A DNA stretch of 64,000 bases, taken from Ignisphaera sp. Lineage in GTDB: Archaea; Thermoproteota; Thermoprotei_A; Sulfolobales; Ignisphaeraceae. Below, in pieces: positions 41,324 to 52,198 of this stretch (position 1 is the stretch's first letter; each line of letters begins with the position of its first letter). The position numbers were made by a program, and so were the translations under genes. The notes under the pieces were generated by a model. The model saw nothing but the letters and a program-made list of their open reading frames with translations, searched no databases and had not been told where the DNA came from. The stretch is from positions 1 to 64,000 of the forward strand of contig JAWBDT010000006.1 of assembly GCA_038821645.1 (NCBI GenBank), written 5' to 3'.

Positions 41324-42790
41324 TTGGATCTGGCACTATTACCTATGCACAAGCTTCTAAATCTGTTCTATTCGGACCCCAATCTTATAGTTGAATACAT
41401 ACACAGTATCTACAACAGAATCCACAGAGTTGAGGAGAAGGTAAAAGCATTTATAACCCTAAGACCTTTAGAAGAAACTATAGCTGAAGCTGAACATCTT
41501 ATAAAGAAATATGTTAATAATAAGAACAATCCCAAGTTGTTTGGAATAGCTGTTGCTGTAAAAGACAATATCTCTACAAAAGGTATTAGAACTACATGTG
41601 GATCTAGAATGCTTGAGAACTATATACCTCCCTATGATGCTACAGTAATAACTAGGCTAAAGAATGAAGGAGCAATAATAATAGGTAAAACAAACATGGA
41701 TGAATTTGCTATGGGATCTACCACAGAAACAAGCGCATTTTTTGTGACTAGAAACCCATGGGACTTATCTAGATCTCCTGGAGGATCTTCTGGAGGAAGT
41801 GCGGCAGCGTTAGCAGCTGGTGAAGCAACTGTTGCTCTAGGATCGGATACTGGTGGTTCTGTAAGGAATCCAGCTTCTTTCACAGCCACCTTTGGTTTAA
41901 AACCGACTTATGGTCTTGTGAGTAGATATGGTCTTATAGCTTATGGTAGTAGCCTGGATCAGATAGGTCCTATGGCTAGGAATACAGATGATCTAGCGAT
42001 GTTACTGAATGTTATAGCAGGTCATGATCCAAAAGATTCCACATCTCTACCTACTAAAGTTGGTGATATACGTGAAGAGATGTATGATCTATTTCATAGA
42101 GAGCCTAGATTGAAGATAGCGATAGCTAAGGACCTTTTTGAATATTCAGATGATGTTGTTAGAAATGAAACCTACAAAGCTGTAGACAAGCTCTGTAGTT
42201 ATCATGAATGTGAGGAAATAGAGATACCTTATGCTAAACAATGTGTAGCTGCTTACTACATAATATCTATGGCTGAAGCTAGTTCTAATTTAGCTAGATA
42301 TGATGGTGTTAGATATGGTTTAAGGATTGAGGTCGAGAACAAGAGCTGGATAGAGGTTTATCGTGAAGTAAGAACAAAGGGGTTTGGTTACGAAGTTAAA
42401 AAGAGGATAGCTCTAGGCGCTTACGTTCTGAGTATGGGGTATAGAGACATGTACTATCTGAAAGCCCTTAGGTTTCGTAGAATGCTTAAAGAAACATTTA
42501 ACAAGATATTCAGTAAGTATAATGCCATCCTAAGCCCTACCACACCTATCCTACCCCCAAGGATAGGAGAGTTTTTAGAAGATCCTATAAAAATGTACTA
42601 TGCTGATTTGAATACAGTTATAGCGAACTTGATAGGGGGACCCGCTTTAAGTCTTCCTGTAGGATTTTACAACAATCTTCCTATAGGTCTACAGATCATG
42701 ACTAACTACATGGATGAAGTTACAGCTCTCTATATATCTAAATCACTAGAAGAAACCCTCAAACTTAGAGATCTTATTGTTGATGTGTGA
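41324..42790 (+). CDS. gatA: Asp/Glu-tRNA amidotransferase subunit A
   Basis: KDN, GGSSGGS, GSDTGGS and SNLARYDG motifs. Confidence 0.96.
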   Translation: MDLALLPMHKLLNLFYSDPNLIVEYIHSIYNRIHRVEEKVKAFITLRPLEETIAEAEHLIKKYVNNKNNPKLFGIAVAVKDNISTKGIRTTCGSRMLENYIPPYDATVITRLKNEGAIIIGKTNMDEFAMGSTTETSAFFVTRNPWDLSRSPGGSSGGSAAALAAGEATVALGSDTGGSVRNPASFTATFGLKPTYGLVSRYGLIAYGSSLDQIGPMARNTDDLAMLLNVIAGHDPKDSTSLPTKVGDIREEMYDLFHREPRLKIAIAKDLFEYSDDVVRNETYKAVDKLCSYHECEEIEIPYAKQCVAAYYIISMAEASSNLARYDGVRYGLRIEVENKSWIEVYREVRTKGFGYEVKKRIALGAYVLSMGYRDMYYLKALRFRRMLKETFNKIFSKYNAILSPTTPILPPRIGEFLEDPIKMYYADLNTVIANLIGGPALSLPVGFYNNLPIGLQIMTNYMDEVTALYISKSLEETLKLRDLIVDV

Positions 42791-42796
42791 TACGGT

Positions 42797-44239
42797 ATGT
42801 CTTCATTACCAGTAAAAATAGGTCTCGAAATACATGTGCAACTAACGTCGCTTAAGAGTAAGCTCTTTTGTTCAACACCTACCAGTTATAGAGGTAGTAA
42901 ACCCAATACTTATGTGTGTCCAGTATGTCTAGGTCTTCCAGGAACATTACCTACTGTAAATAAGAAGGCGATAGAATACGCTATAGCTGTAGCTCTAGCA
43001 CTTAACTGTGAAATTAGTAATAAACTCATTTTTGTAAGAAAACACTACTTCTATCCAGATCTACCTAAGAATTACCAGATAAGCCAGTATGACGGTATAG
43101 GGCTTACACCAATAGCTAGGAATGGTTATATAAAGATCTATAGTAATAATAAGTCAAAGATTGTGAGGATAAGAAGGATAAATATTGAGGAAGATCCAGG
43201 CAAAATATACTACATAGGTAGCATAGATACTAGTCCCTACAGTCTCGTGGATTACAATAGATCTGGTATTGCTCTACTAGAAATTGTTACTGAACCTGAT
43301 ATGGAGAGCCCCAAAGAGGCTAGAGAATTTCTTGAAAAACTTATCGCTATTCTCGAGTATCTAGGAGTTACAGATACCTCTTTCGAAGGAGCTTTTAGAG
43401 TTGATGCAAATATCTCTATAGCTGGTGGAAGCAGAGTTGAAGTAAAGAACATAGGTTCAATAAAAGAAGTTGAGAAAGCACTAACATATGAAGTAATAAG
43501 GCAGAAGAGGATAATAGAACAAGGTGGAGATATAAAGAGAGAAACAAGACATTGGGATAGCGCTAGAGGGGTTACAGTACCTTTAAGATCTAAAGAATTT
43601 GAAGAAGACTATAGATATTTTCCAGATCCAGATCTACCGCCTATGCATATAACCAAGAGCTTTATAGAGTCTATAGCTAAAAGTATGCCGGAGCTTCCAG
43701 ATGCAAGAATAGAGAGATTCATGAAGCAATACGAACTAGATGAATATAGAGCATCAATTCTAGTACTGTCAAAATGGCTTGCAGACTTCTTCGAAAGTTG
43801 TGCCAAGATGTATACAAACTACAAGAAACTTTCAGATCTACTTATAACAGACTTTTTACGATGGATAAAAGAGTACAATATAGATGTAAAATCATTGAAG
43901 GTAACGCCAACACATGTTGTTAAACTTCTTCAATATCTAGACCAAGGAATTATATCGATAAAAATGCTCAAAGAATTGCTACCCATGGTTATAAAAGAAG
44001 GGCTAGATATCGATACTGTAATTCGTGAAGGATATATAAAAATAGAAGATGAGACTATACTAGAGAGAATGATTATAGAGGTTATGGATGAGAATCCTAA
44101 AGCAGTAAAAGATGCTTTAGAGAATCCTAAAGCAGTAAATTACATTGTTGGTCTAGTGATGAAGAAAACTAAAGGACGTGCAGATCCAGTTAAAACTATA
44201 GAAATAGTGAAGAAGCTCTTGGATAGATATAGATCATAG
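42797..44239 (+). CDS. gatB: Asp/Glu-tRNA amidotransferase subunit B
   Basis: GLEIHVQL, YFYPDLPK and YRYFPDPDL motifs. Confidence 0.96.
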   Translation: MSSLPVKIGLEIHVQLTSLKSKLFCSTPTSYRGSKPNTYVCPVCLGLPGTLPTVNKKAIEYAIAVALALNCEISNKLIFVRKHYFYPDLPKNYQISQYDGIGLTPIARNGYIKIYSNNKSKIVRIRRINIEEDPGKIYYIGSIDTSPYSLVDYNRSGIALLEIVTEPDMESPKEAREFLEKLIAILEYLGVTDTSFEGAFRVDANISIAGGSRVEVKNIGSIKEVEKALTYEVIRQKRIIEQGGDIKRETRHWDSARGVTVPLRSKEFEEDYRYFPDPDLPPMHITKSFIESIAKSMPELPDARIERFMKQYELDEYRASILVLSKWLADFFESCAKMYTNYKKLSDLLITDFLRWIKEYNIDVKSLKVTPTHVVKLLQYLDQGIISIKMLKELLPMVIKEGLDIDTVIREGYIKIEDETILERMIIEVMDENPKAVKDALENPKAVNYIVGLVMKKTKGRADPVKTIEIVKKLLDRYRS

Positions 44240-44292
44240 CGTGGGTTTATCATCATGTGTCAGTACTTAAAACCTGCCATCATCTTCATGTA
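44233..44292 (-). ncRNA. C/D-box sRNA candidate antisense to the gatB end
   Basis: ATGATGG-CAGGTTTTAAGTA-CTGA-CAC-ATGATGA-TAAACCCACGCT-ATGA; TTATATA about 35 nt upstream. Confidence 0.6.
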
Positions 44293-44475
44293 GAGTCTAT
44301 ACTATGTAGTGCGTCTACGGTATATAAGTTTACCTCAAATTGAAGATCAGTACTGCCACAATTATACTAATGTCATCAGCTACTGTAAGAATCGGTATTC
44401 TGTGTACAGAAAATTGTATCCTATATAACATCACTATCTATAATTTGCTAGATCCATAAACATGTAACTACATTG

Positions 44476-44811
44476 TTAGGTTTTAGTCATCAGTAATCTA
44501 ATTTGTATCATTCTCGCTTTAGCCTTCTTAATAATTTCTTCAACCTCTTTTACTGCTTCTATTAACTCTCTATCCTTTATTTCTGATAAGCTAATTGACT
44601 TCTGACTTACACTCCTACAAACATTATTATCTAATACATAGTTTATTTCTGCAGCTATTCCTTTCCTCGATTCCAGGAATTCTATTAGTTTGTCACAGCT
44701 TTCAATAGGTATAATGTTTTCTATTCTAGCTCTTCCCCTCAATACTGTAGCTACAATACGACCTTCTACTTCATTAATGAGCAATATTCGTGTTTCTTTC
44801 TTTAGTTGCAT
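44476..44811 (-). CDS. Hypothetical protein downstream of rpo11
   Basis: 111-aa ORF overlapping rpoL. Confidence 0.65.
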   Translation of the reverse strand: MQLKKETRILLINEVEGRIVATVLRGRARIENIIPIESCDKLIEFLESRKGIAAEINYVLDNNVCRSVSQKSISLSEIKDRELIEAVKEVEEIIKKAKARMIQIRLLMTKT

Positions 44812-45109
44812 TCTTAAGAACCATATCTAGCATTTCTAAGAATTCATTTGCTATTGCTTTTGCTTCTGCTATAACCTCTTCTAGAATCTCCATAGGATTC
44901 TTTGTACCATCTGTCACTATAACTACTTCTGGGTAAGACACCATTGGATGCTCTATTATATATCCTGCAAATGTTACCCCAGGCTTCCTTAAGGCAAGCT
45001 TTGTTAACAGATTTGGTAATGTGTATTTATCCTGATCTTGTATAACTATCCTTATCTCTTTCTCTGTATACTTCTTCAATATGAAGTTTACAGCCATAAC
45101 ACTACACAC
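44774..45109 (-). CDS. rpoL: RNA polymerase subunit Rpo11 (L)
   Basis: YTLPNLL...GVTFAGYIIEHP. Confidence 0.88.
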   Translation of the reverse strand: MCSVMAVNFILKKYTEKEIRIVIQDQDKYTLPNLLTKLALRKPGVTFAGYIIEHPMVSYPEVVIVTDGTKNPMEILEEVIAEAKAIANEFLEMLDMVLKNATKERNTNIAH

Positions 45110-45151
45110 TACAATATTGCCTCAATATATTTTGATCTATAAATTCTTATG

Positions 45152-45778
45152 TTACACATCATTTTTGTTAAAAATATCATCAAGTTCTTCTAATGCTTGA
45201 AGCCAAGGTATTCTTAGTTCGTTTTTCTCATTTAGGTAACCAAGGCTCTGAAGAGCTTCAATGATTTCTACATGGCTAGTATTATATATAGCTACAGCAG
45301 CTATAAGCAACTTCTTTAGACTGCTCGAGTATGACATAGACTCAATTTTCTGTTGAACTTCAGCAACTTTTTTTGCTACAGTTATTACGGTATCTAGATC
45401 TGTATCAGCATATATTAGTGAACCATTTACTTCTGCATCAATATCGAATTCTTTCTTAAGTACGTAGGCAAGAACATCAAGAGGTATCATTCTCTTTGTG
45501 TATCTAACTATAATTTCTGAAGAAATACCTCTTCTAGGATCATGTTTAGGAGATCCATACATCGATAGAAAGTCTCTGATTTTTGTAATAGCTGATACAA
45601 CATTAGGCTCTAATCCTATCACCTTAATGATTAGTTTATTAGATCTCATCTCGATTTGTAGATCAGCTTCTAGAGATAACTCTTCATCTATTTTCTCAAG
45701 AATTTCAAGACATTGTGATACACTATTACAGCTGTAGGAGAAAGATCTTTCTATATAGCTACTATTAGGCTTTGGCAT
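45152..45778 (-). CDS. Conserved archaeal hypothetical protein (DUF2067-like)
   Basis: Position between csl4 and rpoL; IPLDVL motif. Confidence 0.6.
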   Translation of the reverse strand: MPKPNSSYIERSFSYSCNSVSQCLEILEKIDEELSLEADLQIEMRSNKLIIKVIGLEPNVVSAITKIRDFLSMYGSPKHDPRRGISSEIIVRYTKRMIPLDVLAYVLKKEFDIDAEVNGSLIYADTDLDTVITVAKKVAEVQQKIESMSYSSSLKKLLIAAVAIYNTSHVEIIEALQSLGYLNEKNELRIPWLQALEELDDIFNKNDV

Positions 45779-46340
45779 TCTTCTTACCTTTGACCTTCAT
45801 GTAGTCTAGAGATATTTTCCTAATCTCGGTATTACCACATACACCACATTTAAGTTTATCTCCATCCTTATAAAGCTCGTTACCACATCTAGAGCAGAAG
45901 GCCAGGATGACCCCTAGCCTTGGTTCTTTAGCAGCAACAAGTATAGGTATATAGCTGTTTAACACCTTGACCTTTACTAGATCTCCTAGCCTTACGTAGT
46001 TGTAAAGACTATCACCTTTAGCATCTGTTACTTGAGATATATGGAGTACTCCTGTAAAGCTATGTTTAAATGTTTTAGCTATATCGTAACCAATTATCTT
46101 AATAAAGGCCATATCGTCTCTCATAGTATCTACATACCCTATGACGGTTTCACCAGCCTTAGGTATTTTCAATTCTTTAACTGGTTTTATTTGCACCCGT
46201 CTGCTCGTATTATCGTAAATAGGTTCACCTACCGTAGACGCTCTAACGGTTCCATTCTCATCTACATACACACCTTTATGAGCCAAATACTCCTCTTCTT
46301 TACACAGAGATTCGCCTGGTAAAGCAATCCTTTTGCTCAT
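45765..46340 (-). CDS. csl4: Exosome RNA-binding subunit Csl4
   Basis: LPGE start, S1 domain, Zn ribbon CSRC/CGVC and EIRKIS. Confidence 0.92.
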   Translation of the reverse strand: MSKRIALPGESLCKEEEYLAHKGVYVDENGTVRASTVGEPIYDNTSRRVQIKPVKELKIPKAGETVIGYVDTMRDDMAFIKIIGYDIAKTFKHSFTGVLHISQVTDAKGDSLYNYVRLGDLVKVKVLNSYIPILVAAKEPRLGVILAFCSRCGNELYKDGDKLKCGVCGNTEIRKISLDYMKVKGKKNAKA

Positions 46341-46972
46341 ATATCTATTCCTCTATATCTCGATATAGCGTACACAGATACCCTAAACCTGTGGATGCGT
46401 TTTCTATGTTTCAAGTATATAGCTCCTATGGACATGAGCCTCACTAACATGTTCCTAATTGTGTATCCTTCGTTTTGCACAGTTCTGTAGATAAGTATAT
46501 GAGATTCGGGGTTATATTTATGTATAGTGTATACGGCTTTAGGCTTAAACTCTAGAGCTTTTTTAAGAAAGACTATGTCTAGACCTTTTCTATATACACC
46601 AAACGGGGGATTCATAATAACGGTATCTATGTTCCTAATATCGAGGAAATTCGCATCAGCATTAACGAAATGGATATTGTTAAAACCTTCATCCACAAGA
46701 AAAACCTTAGCTATATTTAATGCCTCAATATCTATATCAACACATATAACATCTTTAGCACCAAGAAGAAGTGCCCCATAACTAAGCATACCTGTACCAC
46801 AACCTAAATCAACAACAGATCTACCCTCTATATCTTCATACATATGAGCCATCCAGAGAAGTTCTGAAGCTACAGAACTATCACATAGATATTGTTCAAG
46901 AGTTATAGATGGTGATATGAAGTATGGTGCTCTACTGAGCAGAATCTCTAACTCTTTCCTGCTTCTCACCAT
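46337..46972 (-). CDS. METTL5-like RNA adenine methyltransferase
   Basis: LEQY, DLGCGTG and NPPFG motifs. Confidence 0.88.
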   Translation of the reverse strand: MVRSRKELEILLSRAPYFISPSITLEQYLCDSSVASELLWMAHMYEDIEGRSVVDLGCGTGMLSYGALLLGAKDVICVDIDIEALNIAKVFLVDEGFNNIHFVNADANFLDIRNIDTVIMNPPFGVYRKGLDIVFLKKALEFKPKAVYTIHKYNPESHILIYRTVQNEGYTIRNMLVRLMSIGAIYLKHRKRIHRFRVSVYAISRYRGIDI

Positions 46973-47976
46973 GGATATACATACCTATCCTTCACACCAT
47001 CGATAATCATTAAAGCTTCACCTGGAGTTATAACAGGTATATCTACATCATAAAAATCAAATGCTAAATAAGGACATGAAACAACAACTATAACATCATA
47101 ATCATTCCCTATGTTAGTGATAATATTTCTATCCAATTTTAATACTTTCGCTACATCTACATATAGACCTCTATTCCTCAACCTCTCCAATAGAGCATAA
47201 GCAAGATCTTCTCTAGATTGTCCATAGAAGCCTGTAACAATAAGCCACCTTCTACCTTCTGAAGCTTTTGCTATTTTCCAAAATCTGATCCTCATAATTC
47301 TATCCGCTTCTTTAACCGGCGACCACAATCTGTATGTATATGGATCTATACATACTACATCGATTATCGAATTTCTAGATCTTACTGTTAGGTATTGAGA
47401 AATACAGTTAAACATTCCTCCAGCAATAACTACAAGGATGGTGCAATCACTAACATCAATGGGTATACATCCTAGAGAAATGCCTTTGAATACAATATCA
47501 CAATCTTTATAATTTAGTTTTCTTACTAGGGATACATGTTGAGCTGTTGTTGTTATACAGATCTTTTTATTTTTGGAACATATATCCTTAATCATTTCCT
47601 CTATTTTCTCTAAATTGGTAGATATATATTCTACAGGAACAAATAATGTAGTGATAGAGGGTCTATATAAAGGGTATTCTGTGTGACCAAAGTGTATTAT
47701 AAGCTCTGCACCCACCTCTTTTGCTGCATATTCATCTACAAGACATGGACCATGACTAGGATTTAACGAAAGTATAATGTCTATCTCTCCAGCTAGATCT
47801 CTTATGCTTTTTGCTATATAGTTATAACATCTATAAAATCCTTCAGGAAGTTGAATGAGTATCCTTCGAACCTTCTTTTCTCTTAATACTTTCACTATCT
47901 TATCTATATCGAAATTAAAATCTTTACAAAAATCCATGATTTCTACTTCTTTAGGTACACTATATCTATGTGGCAT
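46966..47976 (-). CDS. dph2: Diphthamide synthesis enzyme Dph2
   Basis: QLPEG and HFGH; three Fe-S cysteines (GPC, LGC, SCP); likely start near 47937. Confidence 0.88.
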   Translation of the reverse strand: MPHRYSVPKEVEIMDFCKDFNFDIDKIVKVLREKKVRRILIQLPEGFYRCYNYIAKSIRDLAGEIDIILSLNPSHGPCLVDEYAAKEVGAELIIHFGHTEYPLYRPSITTLFVPVEYISTNLEKIEEMIKDICSKNKKICITTTAQHVSLVRKLNYKDCDIVFKGISLGCIPIDVSDCTILVVIAGGMFNCISQYLTVRSRNSIIDVVCIDPYTYRLWSPVKEADRIMRIRFWKIAKASEGRRWLIVTGFYGQSREDLAYALLERLRNRGLYVDVAKVLKLDRNIITNIGNDYDVIVVVSCPYLAFDFYDVDIPVITPGEALMIIDGVKDRYVYPW

Positions 47977-48452
47977 TTTACTGGAAGCTTTGATGAAGCT
48001 CTTCTTAAAGCTTCCTTAATATGTTCTGCATGTTGCTTAAGCCCATAGATCTCCATAATTACAGTCTCAGGTTCTACATAAGCAGCAGTACCAATAGGTT
48101 TACCAAACGCTCTCCTCATACCTTCTTGTAAACGGTCTGCTCCTGCAAAAGCCATCATTTTGTGTTCTCTAAGTACCTGGTGTGGATATGTTTTTATCAC
48201 AAGCATATAATTTGTGTCTCCAACATTTGTGCTTAGGTACTTGTGGGTCATAACTCTAGCTGCTTCTAGAGCATTATGCCTTATAAAGCCTCTCTCAAGT
48301 GATATAAGAATGCCTTTAACTTCTGCATCTATCTTAGTATTACCCATAACGAATTTCGTTATCTTAGGCATAGGGATTCCATGTATATACTCCTTTCTTG
48401 TGTATGGAGGTCTATCTTGATGTGTGTAACATCGGGCTGGCTTTAAGGGCAT
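47943..48452 (-). CDS. rpl10e: 50S ribosomal protein uL16 (L10e)
   Basis: PARCY and [16 protein letters not shown]. Confidence 0.96.
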   Translation of the reverse strand: MPLKPARCYTHQDRPPYTRKEYIHGIPMPKITKFVMGNTKIDAEVKGILISLERGFIRHNALEAARVMTHKYLSTNVGDTNYMLVIKTYPHQVLREHKMMAFAGADRLQEGMRRAFGKPIGTAAYVEPETVIMEIYGLKQHAEHIKEALRRASSKLPVKCHIDIVYLKK

Positions 48453-49231
48453 ATCTTTACACCATTAAGTTCAGTACTGTTGTTGTTTTCTTCTAACTTA
48501 AGCTTTCTAACGATCCTCCTTATAAATGTTATTAAAAGTCCTGCTTCTTGATTTGATGTAATAGATTTTCTTACAAGTCTTTTGAAAGTTAATGCAAATA
48601 ACTGTCTATGTCTTTCATCTCTTGCCGTAGCATAAGCTAATTCATCTATGTATCGTTCTAAGATCTCTAACTGTCTTTCATCAACTTTATCAACATAGTT
48701 GAGAAGACTTGTTTTATTTAACGCTTTATATAATCTGTAGAGAACTATTCCAATGGCGTGACTAAGGTTTAGAACAGGATACTCAGGATTTGCAGCTATA
48801 TGAACAAGAAGATGACATTTCGATATCTCTTCTCTTGTGAGACCCACACTTTCTCTACCAAATACTATGGCTATACTTCTGTAGCTAGGGACTATGGATA
48901 TGAAGTCCTCTAATTCTATTGCTTTTCTGAGAATATCGCTAGAATCCGTATCAATAACAGCCGATGTACATGCAGCTAATCCAACATCTCTAAGAGCATC
49001 ATCTAGAGAGCTATATATCTTCATTTTACCACTATCAATGAATATAGCACCATTTGCAGCATACCTTCGAACCTCTTCTGACCAAGGATTGATTAATGGA
49101 TTCACTAGAGCAAGTTCATCTACATCAAAATTTCTGCATAGCCTAGCAATAAACCCTAGATTTGCTTCACCCTCTATACCAACAACAACAACCTTGACTA
49201 TTACTGATGACATTTTACCACCATACTGCAT
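48443..49231 (-). CDS. trmJ: SPOUT tRNA methyltransferase TrmJ family
   Basis: [15 protein letters not shown] and YPVLNLSHA motifs. Confidence 0.88.
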   Translation of the reverse strand: MQYGGKMSSVIVKVVVVGIEGEANLGFIARLCRNFDVDELALVNPLINPWSEEVRRYAANGAIFIDSGKMKIYSSLDDALRDVGLAACTSAVIDTDSSDILRKAIELEDFISIVPSYRSIAIVFGRESVGLTREEISKCHLLVHIAANPEYPVLNLSHAIGIVLYRLYKALNKTSLLNYVDKVDERQLEILERYIDELAYATARDERHRQLFALTFKRLVRKSITSNQEAGLLITFIRRIVRKLKLEENNNSTELNGVKICP

Positions 49232-49899
49232 AGAGTTTCATAGAAAAAGCTTTGACATTGATGTAACTCAATATATCCACATATTTGTATATGTTCTAGT
49301 ATTTCTTCTAGATTCTGAAGAGATGAAAATAGGAATACTATTCGACATCTATCTCTACATATTCTTAGAGAATTGTTAAAGAATTTCCTCCATATTTCTG
49401 TACCATTCTTACCTCCATTCCATGCAATAGCTTCAGGAATATCATCACATACCGGGAGATAGGGAGGATTGAAATACACTATATCGATAGAATTGTTACG
49501 TATACAGGAAGCACTATCACATTGCACTACATCGATGTACATATCCATTCCATTGATTTTTGTAGAAAGCCATGAACTATAAACAGCATAGGGATCAATA
49601 TCTATTGCTATTACGTATTTCGTGGGATTGTTGTATATAGACATACATAAACGTATCGATATATATCCTGTTCCACTTCCAATTTCAAGGAGAACTAGAT
49701 TTCTACGCAATTCATTGTTGTTTAGAACTTCATAGAGTGTTGAAGCTAGAATATAACTATCATGCGAAGGTTTGTACACTCTCTCTGTAACCATTAACAC
49801 TACTTCGTCTATTCTTTCTTCTCTAAACATATTCTCTTCAATAAAGTAGCCAATATATCTATATCCTCTGGTGCAAGTTGAAATACCCTCTTCCTCCAT
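49201..49899 (-). CDS. HemK2/PrmC-like methyltransferase
   Basis: VYKPSHDS, EIGSGTG and FNPPY motifs; likely start near 49830. Confidence 0.85.
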   Translation of the reverse strand: MEEEGISTCTRGYRYIGYFIEENMFREERIDEVVLMVTERVYKPSHDSYILASTLYEVLNNNELRRNLVLLEIGSGTGYISIRLCMSIYNNPTKYVIAIDIDPYAVYSSWLSTKINGMDMYIDVVQCDSASCIRNNSIDIVYFNPPYLPVCDDIPEAIAWNGGKNGTEIWRKFFNNSLRICRDRCRIVFLFSSLQNLEEILEHIQICGYIELHQCQSFFYETLCSMVVKCHQ

Positions 49900-50669
49900 A
49901 TTTTCTCGCTCAATTCTGTGCTATCTATATCGTTCTTCAGACACCTTTTTAAAGATTTCAATAAATTCTTTCTTTTGAAACTAAACAAACACTTAACTAA
50001 AGGTTCTACATAACTATATTCTCTGTAGCTTCTTTTACGCTTCAGTAGAACTATAGCTGAAAAAACTTCTGGTGGTGGAACAAATAAGTTAGGTGGTAAT
50101 ATCTCTATCAATTCTACATCAAATAGGTATTGAGTAAATAGCGATATCTTGCCATAGTTTCTCGTGCCTGGTTGAGCTATCAATCTATCAGCAACATCTT
50201 TTTGAATAGTTACTAAAGCGTATCGTACATCGATTCTACCTATTATTGTTAATAGATCTGATGTTATATGATATGGAAGATTCCCAACAACCATATCTAT
50301 AGATCTCATCGACTGTAGAAGGAGTGTTGCATCACTAACAACTATATCTACATTAATGAACGACTCTTGTACCTTTCTCAATATAGGTACAAATCTTTTA
50401 TCAAGTTCTATTCCAATTATATAGAGAGATGATGCTCTCGCCAAAGATGCTGTTAAGGTCCCGAATCCTGAACCTATTTCTGTAACTACATTGTTTCGAG
50501 TATCATCTATACATTTGGTAACAGTATCAAAGATCTTTCTATATGATTTAGGATCTATAAGCATGACTTGACTAAGCTTTTTCTTAAGCTTAATATTGTA
50601 ATGTTTCAAGGTATACTTAATCCATTTAATTAACTCGTTTTTTGATAGACTTAAAGGATCTATTACCAT
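49809..50669 (-). CDS. ksgA: 16S rRNA dimethyladenosine transferase KsgA
   Basis: EIGSGFG, GNLPYHI and FVPPPEV motifs. Confidence 0.92.
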   Translation of the reverse strand: MVIDPLSLSKNELIKWIKYTLKHYNIKLKKKLSQVMLIDPKSYRKIFDTVTKCIDDTRNNVVTEIGSGFGTLTASLARASSLYIIGIELDKRFVPILRKVQESFINVDIVVSDATLLLQSMRSIDMVVGNLPYHITSDLLTIIGRIDVRYALVTIQKDVADRLIAQPGTRNYGKISLFTQYLFDVELIEILPPNLFVPPPEVFSAIVLLKRKRSYREYSYVEPLVKCLFSFKRKNLLKSLKRCLKNDIDSTELSEKIWRKRVFQLAPEDIDILATLLKRICLEKKE

Positions 50670-51379
50670 GGCTCAACATAGTCTACTCTTTCATATAGTA
50701 GCTGCAGATAGTTTAGAAAGACATAGTCAGGTGAGGGAGGAAAAGGTTCAACAAATAGATAGTATTTTTCACTACGTTGAATCTCTAGAACAATTCTTTC
50801 CACAATAATTTTTACAGGATCACCTATCTTTACCCGCTTCTTTAGGTCTTCAAAATTCTCAAAACTTTTCTTTTTTCTTTCCTCAAGAATTGTTGTAAGA
50901 GTCTTCTTTCCTATACCAGGTAGAAGCTCTAGACTATGTAACCTTATGTTTATGGCTTCCGCAATATTGAAGAATTCAACAAATATTTTCTCTTTTTCAA
51001 GAACTATATCTTGAACAACCTTGTTTAAATTCACACGAGCAACAGATGTAAGATCTTCGTATGCAAGTCTATCAAAAACTTTGATCTCGTATCCTCTAGG
51101 ATATAGAGATACAGGAATTCGCTCACCTATCACTAAGTTTCTACCTCTAGGTGGAACAATTTCAACTAATGTGAAATACTTTGAACCTATACCTTGAGCT
51201 ACTGGTATGGATCTATGAAAAGTATGTTTATCGTAAGGATTACCCATAGGCATATAGTCTAACACAATAGCATATTCATCAGCTATATCAGGTCTCTTAA
51301 ATCTCCCTTTGAACCTCATACTATATTCCCTTAGAAGAGATTCATGTACACAAAATTGTGAATAGAAGTTTAGCCACAA
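50663..51379 (-). CDS. DUF655 family nucleic-acid-binding protein
   Basis: VLDY and RLHSLELLPGIGKK HhH; position between rpoF and ksgA. Confidence 0.88.
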   Translation of the reverse strand: MWLNFYSQFCVHESLLREYSMRFKGRFKRPDIADEYAIVLDYMPMGNPYDKHTFHRSIPVAQGIGSKYFTLVEIVPPRGRNLVIGERIPVSLYPRGYEIKVFDRLAYEDLTSVARVNLNKVVQDIVLEKEKIFVEFFNIAEAINIRLHSLELLPGIGKKTLTTILEERKKKSFENFEDLKKRVKIGDPVKIIVERIVLEIQRSEKYYLFVEPFPPSPDYVFLNYLQLLYERVDYVEPW

Positions 51380-51729
51380 TATTCCTTAACAAGATCAAGA
51401 ATCTTGTTCAGTTCTGTTTCTTCAGGAGTTACTGTTTCGAAAGCTAAAAGCATTCTAAGCTCATCTAGAGTACTAGGGCATATATTGAGTATAAGTGCTA
51501 TAGTTATATCCTTAAGCTTCATGAGCTGAAGCTTTTCAATCAGTTCTTTAGCTTTCTCTGGATCACATTTAGACACAATCTGTAGGTACTCTAGTGCTGA
51601 TCTAGCAGGTTCTGCTACAACGTCTACTGCATGGAGTTTTGATAAATATTCTTCAAGAATCTTTTTAGCAATAGAATTCGGGATATCTCTGTAACCTAGT
51701 ATTCGATATGGCAAAGTACCACCAATCAA
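51370..51729 (-). CDS. rpoF: RNA polymerase subunit Rpo4 (F)
   Basis: ALEYL and ICPSTLDELR motifs; follows eL21. Confidence 0.85.
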   Translation of the reverse strand: MIGGTLPYRILGYRDIPNSIAKKILEEYLSKLHAVDVVAEPARSALEYLQIVSKCDPEKAKELIEKLQLMKLKDITIALILNICPSTLDELRMLLAFETVTPEETELNKILDLVKEYCG

Positions 51730-51742
51730 AGTAGGTTATACA

Positions 51743-52144
51743 TTACTTAATCTGAGATAGCAGTGATATCATTTGCTCTCTTTGTAGTTCTCTAATTCTC
51801 TCAAGCTCCTTAAGCTTAATTAGCGTCTCTTTGATTCTCTCATTTACATCAAAAGCCGGTTTCACATGTTCAGGCAACAGGAATAACCTTTTAGTCTTCC
51901 TACCAACCCTAAGCTCAACTTCAAGAGCTCTACCTCTAAAACCTACAACAGTACCGACCTTGCCTATGTATCTCCTATGCGGCATACCTCCATGGATAGC
52001 TGGATCAACATCTATATAGACTTTGTCACCAATTCTATATTCTATCAAGATCCTGCTGAGTGGAGGTACAGCACCTTTTTCTCTAACACTCTTCCTCATG
52101 ATCTTTCTAGTTCTGTGCCTTAATCCCTGTGGAGCTTTTACCAA
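51743..52144 (-). CDS. rpl21e: 50S ribosomal protein eL21 with C-terminal extension
   Basis: GLRHRTR, GMPHRRY and PEHVKP motifs. Confidence 0.93.
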   Translation of the reverse strand: MVKAPQGLRHRTRKIMRKSVREKGAVPPLSRILIEYRIGDKVYIDVDPAIHGGMPHRRYIGKVGTVVGFRGRALEVELRVGRKTKRLFLLPEHVKPAFDVNERIKETLIKLKELERIRELQREQMISLLSQIK

Positions 52145-52198
52145 GTTATTTCCCCTTACCAGTAGATACCGATCTAATGATGTAGTATAGGATAAAGC

